In this document: piece by piece, positions 19,992-28,053 of the stretch | Layout of the letters: each line of letters starts with the position of its first letter | Numbering within the stretch: position 1 is the first letter of the stretch | Source of the DNA: a virus | Lineage: Duplodnaviria; Caudoviricetes | Virus record (IMG/VR): IMGVR_UViG_3300028559_000054 | Span: 1 to 52,391 of that record | Length of the DNA: 52,391 nucleotides | Direction: 5' to 3' (one strand) | The notes under the pieces: model-generated | Databases searched by the model: none | The model's input: only the letters and a program-made list of their open reading frames with translations | Told to the model about the DNA's origin: nothing | Made by a program: the position numbers and the translations under genes

Positions 19992-22700
19992 ATGAAAATC
20001 AGTGGAAATAATTTTTTATCTATCAATACCCAAACTGGAATTAGTTTTAATTTAGATTTATCTATAGATAATTTAATTGGAAATTGTAATTTTGGATTTA
20101 CTGGTACAAATGAAAATTTAACATTTAAGTTAAATAAAGGAAATATAATTGATCCAAACAATAGAAATGTATATCTCTATAACTCTAATGAGCAAATAAA
20201 TATATCTGGAAATATAAATGAAAATTTATATTCATACTATATTAATAATAAACCATGCGTTTTAAATGGGCCAGCAAATTTATACGATATAAGTGGTTTT
20301 TATTTAAATACAAATAGCTGCTCTGCTGACTTTAATTTAAGCTTATATGGTGATCTTCCAAATTATGGAGTAGATTTTAATAATACTTTTTATATTACTG
20401 GAGATAATCCATTGATTGGAATTATTTCTAATTCTGGAAATTCTACTTTTAAAATTTTTAGCGGGGTTATCACCGCACCTACAGGATTTTCTATTAACAA
20501 ATTTATCTTAAATGGTACTCCAGAGAATAATTCTGTAGAAATAAACAATACTACATTTGGGCAAATAAGTATAAGCCATTTTAATCAAACATTTTATCAG
20601 GTTGAGAATAGCAAGTTATATAATATTCAATTAGATTTATATACTAATTTTGGTAAGATATCAAAAACAATTCCAATTACAGGAGTTTTTTCTGGTTACA
20701 TAACTGTAAATTTAAACGCTTTTGATATAATTTATCCAACTCCTGGAAGCTTAATAGGAAATGAAGATGAAACTAATATTCTATTGAATACTAAAATTGT
20801 AACAGGAGATAAATTTAGTGAAGTCGAACTAGATAAAATTGTAAATATAAAATTAGAATATTCTGGAGGTAAAACTGGCGCATTTTATGCTAACATCCCA
20901 GGAAGCGGTTATAAATCTATAAATGTTACTGGATTCTTAAATGGAAGTGGATATTTAGGCGAAACAGATTTAAGATTAACAGGGTATAATTTACAATCTG
21001 GTATTCAAATAACTGGTTATATGACTGGTGTGCCAAGTGAGCAATTTTTTATTACTGGATTTATCTCTAATAATGTTAATATTCTAAGCACTGGGTATTT
21101 TTTTGATATACCATTTGTAGAAAATAAAAATTATAATATAACAGGCTTTGCTAATAATGGTCTAATAAATTATAATAATTATTTAAATTCATCTTTTATT
21201 CAAAAAAAGCAAACAATAGAAAATTATACATCTCCTACAAGTCAATTTGGTGTCAAAATAAAATCAAATGAATCTGGGTCAATAGTTCTTGTAAACGCTC
21301 AAAATGAAGTTAATGCAAATTTTTCTACTGGAAGAGTTTATCTTTATACTGGAAATCAAGGAAATTTAACTTTAGCAAAAACTTATTCTGGGTTAGCGGG
21401 AGATATAAATTTTGGAGGTGATATTTATATAAATAAAACTGGTAATTGTTTTCTTATATCTTGTAATAGATTTGGAAATCAAGGATATAGTGGAAGAGTT
21501 TATCTTTTTGAAAACTATAATCAAAATATAAACACTGCAAGAATAATTCAAGAATCTGGATTATATTTTGCAAGATCTATAGCAATTAATACTGGAAATA
21601 TTATTTTTATAAATAATTTTAATGGAATAAATGATACTGGGGTTATTAATATATACGAAAATAATGGACCATCTTTTGTTAAAAGACAAATGTTAAGTGG
21701 CTACTCTAAAATTAATTATTTTGGATACGATTTAGATACAATTGACGATGGGCAATTACTAATCGTATCTGATGTTTTAGCTAGTAATGCTTCTGGAGAA
21801 ACATATGTTTTTACAGGTAATAATTATAATTATTCTTTACTCAACAAATTAGATAAAAGTGAAATATCAAATATTCGTTTCTTTGGAAATTCTTTAAGTC
21901 TAAATAAAAATGGAAATATTCTAGTGGTTGGAGCTCCACAATCTAATTTTGGTAGTGGAGCTTTTTTTATATATACTGGAGATCGTAACAATAACTTTAA
22001 ACAAGTATTTGCTTCTGGATTTCGTGGACCAGGTGACGCTCAATTGGGGAGTCATTTAAAATTAAATGACGAAGGAAATACTTTAATTGCTGGTCTACCT
22101 CTCAAAGATTCTGCAACTGGTGAGATTCGTATAATAACTGGATCCAATAATATTTGGGATACTACTAATATTATTAATCAAAATACATTAAATACAGCTG
22201 TTGCGATTTTAGGTTTGACAGTTAATCTATCGACTTTAAGTGGAAAAAATACATACTATGCTGGAAATTTTATTTATCAAAGACTTCATACATTTAGTGA
22301 TATTAATTTCTCTGGATATGCTAATTATTTTCCTGCAACAGGTTTGATAAATAAAACTTCTAATTATCTAATAACTGGATTAATTACAGGCAATAAATAC
22401 AATAAAACTTTCTTAAATACTTTTAATATATTAACTGGTTATTATTTGCCTTCTAGTGGGGTATATACTGGATTTATTGATTTCAAACAAGCAGACTATA
22501 CAGCTTTTGACCCTAGTTTATATTCAAATCTTGGCAACATATTGATAAAAACTGGTATTAATAATTTATATTTAAAAGTAAAAACAAAAAATTACTATGA
22601 TGATGAACCTATGACAGGCAAACTAACAATAACTGTCTCAACTATTAATGGTTCAAATTCAGGTGTAGTTAACTATTATATAACAGGAAAAAAGGTATAA
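19992..22700 (+). CDS. tail protein with FG-GAP-like beta-propeller
   Basis: 902 aa; repeated FG...G.VY[LI][YF] blades (e.g. FFGNSLSLNKNGNILVVGAP) at about 21240-22290. Confidence 0.65.
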   Translation: MKISGNNFLSINTQTGISFNLDLSIDNLIGNCNFGFTGTNENLTFKLNKGNIIDPNNRNVYLYNSNEQINISGNINENLYSYYINNKPCVLNGPANLYDISGFYLNTNSCSADFNLSLYGDLPNYGVDFNNTFYITGDNPLIGIISNSGNSTFKIFSGVITAPTGFSINKFILNGTPENNSVEINNTTFGQISISHFNQTFYQVENSKLYNIQLDLYTNFGKISKTIPITGVFSGYITVNLNAFDIIYPTPGSLIGNEDETNILLNTKIVTGDKFSEVELDKIVNIKLEYSGGKTGAFYANIPGSGYKSINVTGFLNGSGYLGETDLRLTGYNLQSGIQITGYMTGVPSEQFFITGFISNNVNILSTGYFFDIPFVENKNYNITGFANNGLINYNNYLNSSFIQKKQTIENYTSPTSQFGVKIKSNESGSIVLVNAQNEVNANFSTGRVYLYTGNQGNLTLAKTYSGLAGDINFGGDIYINKTGNCFLISCNRFGNQGYSGRVYLFENYNQNINTARIIQESGLYFARSIAINTGNIIFINNFNGINDTGVINIYENNGPSFVKRQMLSGYSKINYFGYDLDTIDDGQLLIVSDVLASNASGETYVFTGNNYNYSLLNKLDKSEISNIRFFGNSLSLNKNGNILVVGAPQSNFGSGAFFIYTGDRNNNFKQVFASGFRGPGDAQLGSHLKLNDEGNTLIAGLPLKDSATGEIRIITGSNNIWDTTNIINQNTLNTAVAILGLTVNLSTLSGKNTYYAGNFIYQRLHTFSDINFSGYANYFPATGLINKTSNYLITGLITGNKYNKTFLNTFNILTGYYLPSSGVYTGFIDFKQADYTAFDPSLYSNLGNILIKTGINNLYLKVKTKNYYDDEPMTGKLTITVSTINGSNSGVVNYYITGKKV

Positions 22701-22704
22701 ATTT

Positions 22705-25700
22705 ATGGGCGATATTAGACCTCCAGTTGGTGATCCTTTGTTAAAAGCTGGATGCATAAATCCATACAATAGGCAGTTAGCATTTGGTACGTCTCCTTAC
22801 TATCGACTATATTGTCCAAACGCTATAGGGGTAAATTCATTCCTTAATCAAACTAATACTTCTCCATATTTTGTATCCTATATGGACAATACTAGTATGA
22901 ATTACTATCCAATAGCTTATCCTGATTATATGGCTAGTTTTAAATACTATGCAGATAGTATGAGTTTATATGTTAATAGTTATCAACATAGAATTGATTT
23001 AAGTTCTAATGACGCTTATTCATATATTTCTACTAGCAGAAAATATAGTAATATATCTGCAGAATTGGCTTCAGATGCTTATGGTGGTCAACTTTATATA
23101 CAATCATCTAATTCAAATACACATATTGCTTTAGATACAAATTCTACTAATGTTAACATGGAATTAAGTAACGGTAATTATTCTATTCAAAATATTATAT
23201 CTAATAGTAACGCTTATAGTTATATGACCAATGGATCAAATAAAGGTGTCTCCATAAATCTTGCAGATCTTGGCAGCGATTCAAATGATATAAAATTTAG
23301 AAATTGTGGTACTGCTGGTAGTCCATTATGGATTTTAACTAATAAAACTTTTGCTACGGGTGCTGGAGGTAATGTTTGCTGGGGAACATATGGTGGAACG
23401 ACATTACAGATAGGAAATAATGATTGTCCAGTTCAAGTAGTGCAAATGCTTGGAACAGAAAATGGCGCAGAAGGAATATTTCTTGAGAAAACTAATACTG
23501 CTGGTAGCATTAAGATTGGTGATAACACTAGTGCAGTAGTTCAAACTTTTTGCCAAACGAATTCTAATATTCAAGCAAACCTTACTAACACATCAGCTAC
23601 CGCAAAATTTGAAGCTAGTACAGCAGCTGATAAATATGCTTTAGGCTCAGCAAATTCTAATGGTGGATACTTTGAAGCTCTTGCTGGATCAAAACAAATT
23701 CTTTTGAGCGCAAATACTTTAAGCGCAAATCAAGCATTAACGCTAAAAAATTGGGATCCTAATCGAGTTGGCGGATTGTATGTTGCTTCAACTGAAGTAA
23801 TCGATTTATCAACTGTAACTGGTAAAAATTGTTGGAGTACTTATGCTGGATCAACATTAACTTTAGGAAATGCTACTTGTCCAGTGCAAACTGTGCAAAT
23901 GCTTGGAACAGAAAATGGCGCAGAAGGAATATTTCTTGAGAAAACTAATACTGCTGGTAGCATTAAGATTGGTGATAACACTAGTGCAGTAGTTCAAACT
24001 TTTTGCCAAACGAATTCTAATATTCAAGCAAACCTTACTAACACATCAGCTACCGCAAAATTTGAAGCTAGTACAGCAGCTGATAAATATGCTTTAGGCT
24101 CAGCAAATTCTAATGGTGGATACTTTGAAGCTCTTGCTGGATCAAAACAAATTCTTTTGAGCGCAAATACTTTAAGCGCAAATCAAGCATTAACGCTAAA
24201 AAATTGGGATCCTAATCGAGTTGGCGGATTGTATGTTGCTTCAACTGAAGTAATCGATTTATCAACTGTAACTGGTAAAAATTGTTGGAGTACTTATGCT
24301 GGATCAACATTAACTTTAGGAAATGCTACTTGTCCAGTGCAAACTGTGCAAATGCTTGGAACAGAAAATGGCGCAGAAGGAATATTTCTTGAGAAAACTA
24401 ATAGCGCTTCTACAATAAAACTTTTGGATAGTACATTCTCATCTTTGGAAGCTATATCAAATTTAAATAATGTTGTTAAAGCTGGTATATATAACAATAC
24501 AACAAGTGCATTCATAAAAACTCAAGGTACAACTACTAATCTATTTTCTCAAATGTATACTGATAGTTCCTCCGCTCTTGTATACGCTCAAGGGGCAGCT
24601 GCAGTATTATCAAGATTAGGCGCAACTAGCACAACTTCTGATTTACAAGTTTACAACAGTTTTGGTGGAGCTTATGGTGCTGCTAATGTAGCAAATGCTT
24701 ATCTTAGAGTACAAAATGCTGCTGATACAAGATCTAACGAAATGGTTGTAAACGCTACAACAGCCTATTCTAAAGTTATTGGTGGCACAAGTACAATATT
24801 TTCTCAAATGTATACTGATAGTTCCTCCGCTCTTGTATACGCTCAAGGGGCAGCTGCAGTATTATCAAGATTAGGCGCAACTAGCACAACTTCTGATTTA
24901 CAAGTTTACAATGCTTTTGGTGGAATTTATGCTGCTACTGAAGCATCAAACGCTTACCTTACAGTTCAAAATGCTTCTGCTACAAAATATGTAAGTTTAA
25001 GTCTTGGTGATATTTCGACTGCAAGTTATGATATTCGTTTTCGTAATTGGGGAACTACTCTTGCACCAATCTGGGCTTTATCAAATTCTGCAACTTTGCC
25101 ATTTGCTCCTTGGGCAATATATAATGATACTACTGATTTTCTAACGATTGGTAATACAAATTATCCTGTTCTTACAATGTGGCAATCATATGATGGAACA
25201 TCAAACAATGGCACATATCTTACAACTCAACAAGATCGTTCAGAAGTTTATGTGCTTAAAAATGATACTTATGGATGTACTATACGAGCTGAACCAGCAC
25301 TTGCCTTCATAAAAACTCAAGGTGCAACTGATACTAGATTTTCTCAAATGTATACTGATAGTTCCTCCGCTCTTGTATACGCTCAAGGGGCAGCTGCAGT
25401 ATTATCAAGATTAGGCGCAACTAGCACAACTTCTGATTTACAAGTTTACAACAGTTTTGGTGGAGCTTATGGTGCTGCTAATGTAGCAAATGCTTATCTT
25501 AGAGTACAAAATGCTGCTGATACAAGATCTAACGAAATGGTTGTAAACGCTACAACAGCCTATTCTAAAGTTATTGGTGGCACAAGTACAATATTTTCTC
25601 AAATGTATACTGATAGTTCCTCCGCTCTTGTATACGCTCAAGGGGCAGCTGCAGTATTATCAAGATTAGGCGCAACTAGCACAACTTCTGATTTACAAGT

Positions 25701-25911
25701 TTACAATGCTTTTGGTGGAATTTATGCTGCTACTGAAGCATCAAACGCTTACCTTAGAGTCCAAAAAGTTGATAATTCAAAAGCAATTAGCTTGAGTATA
25801 ACTGATTTTGGAACAACAGCAGCAACGACAGTACGATTAAGAGAATTTTCTATTTGTGTAAATGGAGAAACTAAAAAATGTTTGATACTCGCAAGTGAGT
25901 ATTATACTTAA
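22705..25911 (+). CDS. tail fibre/receptor-binding protein with internal repeats
   Basis: 1068 aa, A/S/T/N-rich beta repeats, last gene of the tail module, exact internal duplications. Confidence 0.7.
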   Translation: MGDIRPPVGDPLLKAGCINPYNRQLAFGTSPYYRLYCPNAIGVNSFLNQTNTSPYFVSYMDNTSMNYYPIAYPDYMASFKYYADSMSLYVNSYQHRIDLSSNDAYSYISTSRKYSNISAELASDAYGGQLYIQSSNSNTHIALDTNSTNVNMELSNGNYSIQNIISNSNAYSYMTNGSNKGVSINLADLGSDSNDIKFRNCGTAGSPLWILTNKTFATGAGGNVCWGTYGGTTLQIGNNDCPVQVVQMLGTENGAEGIFLEKTNTAGSIKIGDNTSAVVQTFCQTNSNIQANLTNTSATAKFEASTAADKYALGSANSNGGYFEALAGSKQILLSANTLSANQALTLKNWDPNRVGGLYVASTEVIDLSTVTGKNCWSTYAGSTLTLGNATCPVQTVQMLGTENGAEGIFLEKTNTAGSIKIGDNTSAVVQTFCQTNSNIQANLTNTSATAKFEASTAADKYALGSANSNGGYFEALAGSKQILLSANTLSANQALTLKNWDPNRVGGLYVASTEVIDLSTVTGKNCWSTYAGSTLTLGNATCPVQTVQMLGTENGAEGIFLEKTNSASTIKLLDSTFSSLEAISNLNNVVKAGIYNNTTSAFIKTQGTTTNLFSQMYTDSSSALVYAQGAAAVLSRLGATSTTSDLQVYNSFGGAYGAANVANAYLRVQNAADTRSNEMVVNATTAYSKVIGGTSTIFSQMYTDSSSALVYAQGAAAVLSRLGATSTTSDLQVYNAFGGIYAATEASNAYLTVQNASATKYVSLSLGDISTASYDIRFRNWGTTLAPIWALSNSATLPFAPWAIYNDTTDFLTIGNTNYPVLTMWQSYDGTSNNGTYLTTQQDRSEVYVLKNDTYGCTIRAEPALAFIKTQGATDTRFSQMYTDSSSALVYAQGAAAVLSRLGATSTTSDLQVYNSFGGAYGAANVANAYLRVQNAADTRSNEMVVNATTAYSKVIGGTSTIFSQMYTDSSSALVYAQGAAAVLSRLGATSTTSDLQVYNAFGGIYAATEASNAYLRVQKVDNSKAISLSITDFGTTAATTVRLREFSICVNGETKKCLILASEYYT
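23440..24403 (+). repeat. tandem repeat, 453-bp period (about 2.1 copies)
   Basis: GTGCAAATGCTTGGAACAGAA starts at 23440, 23893 and 24346; copies look identical. Confidence 0.95.
24543..25756 (+). repeat. 419-bp direct repeat (24543-24961 = 25338-25756), each copy with two ~110-bp subrepeats 255 bp apart
   Basis: TTTTCTCAAATGTATACTGATAG starts at 24544, 24799, 25339 and 25594. Confidence 0.95.
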
Positions 25912-26102
25912 TTAGCTTTTTTTAGATTTTGAGGCAAAAAAACATTAATTAATTTATTAAATTCTGGAACTTCTTGTCCTTTTAAATCTACCCTAGATAT
26001 AAATTTATAAAATGCATTAACGTCTTCTTTTGTTACTAGCACTTGAAACTTGTCCTCATTTACATTCAATATCGGTTGTTGATTATTATTTTCTTCACTC
26101 AT
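25908..26102 (-). CDS. hypothetical protein
   Basis: 64 aa; overlaps the upstream stop (ATGAGTGA); last gene of the minus-strand module. Confidence 0.65.
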   Translation of the reverse strand: MSEENNNQQPILNVNEDKFQVLVTKEDVNAFYKFISRVDLKGQEVPEFNKLINVFLPQNLKKAN

Positions 26103-26877
26103 TTTTAACTTTTATCCTTTCTATAAGTTCAAATATTTTACTTTTTGGTATATCTAATATACTATTGAAGTTTTCAGAATTTTCTAATTTTTCTTTAACT
26201 AATTTCTTTTTTAATTGATCAAAAGATATATTTTTGTCTTTCATTACTTTAGATAGTAAAGCTTGGGGTGATGTAGGACTTTCTTGAGGAACTGAATAAT
26301 CAACTAATTTTGCATCTCCAAGTTCTTCTTGGCCTACAATATTAATTTTTAAAAAATTCCTAACACATCTTACAAAGGCTCTATTTTCTGCAATTGCAGC
26401 TAAAAAGAATTTAGCAAAACTTTTTGTATTATTTGAGGTAGCATCTGCAAGAGATTCGAATACGATTTCTTTGCCTCCAGTTTCATAATTTGGAACCCAT
26501 GTAATTCTACAAGATGTTGCAAAATATGTTTCATTTGCAGCTACAACTTTATATTCTACTTTTGAATAACCTCTAATTTGAGCTAATTCTTTAATGCCGC
26601 CAAGTAGGATAAGAAGGTCTTTATCTTCTAGCTTTGATGTATCGGTTTCTTGAGTCTTTTGTCGATTTGGTACTAGATATTGTGTTTTGACCATACCACG
26701 CCAATTAATTGTGCCATCTTCATTATAAATATAATTGATAATCTCATCTTCGATTAAACCATATTGGTTTCTATTAAATAGTTTAGGTGGTTTATTTTTT
26801 GGTTCTACAATAGAAGCTTCCTCAAGGAATTTAATATTAGGTTGGACAACTGTAGATTGCGTTAATTCTTTTTGCAT
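26095..26877 (-). CDS. putative ssDNA-annealing protein (Rad52/Sak-like)
   Basis: AENRAFVRCVRNFLKI...EEL helix motif after beta strands, as in Rad52-like SSAPs. Confidence 0.55.
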   Translation of the reverse strand: MQKELTQSTVVQPNIKFLEEASIVEPKNKPPKLFNRNQYGLIEDEIINYIYNEDGTINWRGMVKTQYLVPNRQKTQETDTSKLEDKDLLILLGGIKELAQIRGYSKVEYKVVAANETYFATSCRITWVPNYETGGKEIVFESLADATSNNTKSFAKFFLAAIAENRAFVRCVRNFLKINIVGQEELGDAKLVDYSVPQESPTSPQALLSKVMKDKNISFDQLKKKLVKEKLENSENFNSILDIPKSKIFELIERIKVKNE

Positions 26878-26883
26878 ATAACA

Positions 26884-26912
26884 ATCTTAGTCTATTTTAG
26901 ATATTTAGTCAA
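26884..26912 (-). promoter_or_regulatory. sigma70-type promoter
   Basis: TTGACT-17-TAAGAT, 6 nt before the ATG. Confidence 0.7.
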
Positions 26913-28050
26913 TAGAAAAAATATAGAAATTATCTATTTCTTTCCAGAATTCTATATTATCTACTACTTTATTTTTATTTTTATTTATCCAATCAAATTT
27001 AGAGGTAAATTGTCCTTCTGAAGATATTATGATTTTAGATGATTTATAATAAAGATCAGTTGGGAGGTCTTTTAATTTTATTAAATCTTTAGTTGTGTTT
27101 TTCTTTATGTGAATTAGTCCGTAATCCATATATCCTAATTTATATTTATTTAACTGCTCTTCTTCTAGGAAAGATATTAAAGTAAATTGAATACCATTAT
27201 TCTTCAAAAACTTAACAAATTCTGGGTTGTTATTATCATCAATAAAGTATATTACTTGGGCTATATTGGACCTAAATTGTGTTATAAGGTTTGGATCAAT
27301 CTCCTTATCTGTGAATATAATGCATTTTTTAAATTGCAAGTAAAGGGCTAAAACTTGTTCATTAAAGAAATAGTCCATTCTAATAATGGGGTTATCAATT
27401 GGAATTGATTTTGGATCTATTGGTTTATCTGGAATGATTTCTAGAGTCCTACTATTATAGTCTAGGCCAAAATATATTGTTTTTTGATTAATGCTATGCT
27501 TTATATTTAATAAATTTAATATTGATATAGCTATTTCTTCTGGTTTGATATTATTGATGTTCTTAGGATTTTCTCCTAGAGAATAAGAAGGTCTTAATGT
27601 ATTGTAGATTGGTTTAATTAAAGTTACATCTTTTTCATCTGACCAATAGGGTTTTACGTTATCTATGTTATTATTGCTATATAATGCTACAATTTTTTTA
27701 TTAAATCCAGACGCAATATGTACAGCAAAGCTATCTGCTCCAAAATGTAATATTGATTTTTTAATTAAATATGCCGCTTGGGATATGGTAGTTTGACCGT
27801 TAGTACAAATAGTACCATTGATTTGTTTATCATCTTTAGATCCAATTTGTACAATATCTATATCGTTTTGTTTTAAATATGGTAGTACGAGGTCTAAAAC
27901 TTCTTGCCAATAATCATAATTTTTTGCAGGTTTGCTGAATGGTTGAAATGTTATAAACTTTTCTGATGTAATTGGAAAATATGAATCATAAATATATGGT
28001 TTTCCAATTTTAACTCCACATGATGTAGCGTATCTTTCTAGTAAATGCAT
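26905..28050 (-). CDS. glycosyltransferase GT9-like C-terminal half plus extra domain
   Basis: KNYDYW...IVQIG...HFGADSFAVHIA...IVALY, the GT9 nucleotide-binding domain. Confidence 0.7.
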   Translation of the reverse strand: MHLLERYATSCGVKIGKPYIYDSYFPITSEKFITFQPFSKPAKNYDYWQEVLDLVLPYLKQNDIDIVQIGSKDDKQINGTICTNGQTTISQAAYLIKKSILHFGADSFAVHIASGFNKKIVALYSNNNIDNVKPYWSDEKDVTLIKPIYNTLRPSYSLGENPKNINNIKPEEIAISILNLLNIKHSINQKTIYFGLDYNSRTLEIIPDKPIDPKSIPIDNPIIRMDYFFNEQVLALYLQFKKCIIFTDKEIDPNLITQFRSNIAQVIYFIDDNNNPEFVKFLKNNGIQFTLISFLEEEQLNKYKLGYMDYGLIHIKKNTTKDLIKLKDLPTDLYYKSSKIIISSEGQFTSKFDWINKNKNKVVDNIEFWKEIDNFYIFSID

Positions 28051-28053
28051 AAA

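Noticed and set aside
23440-25756. Fibre repeats as a diversity-generating retroelement (TR/VR) or CRISPR array
   Set aside because: Repeats are in-frame coding, differences are not adenine-specific, there is no reverse transcriptase in the window and no repeat-spacer periodicity
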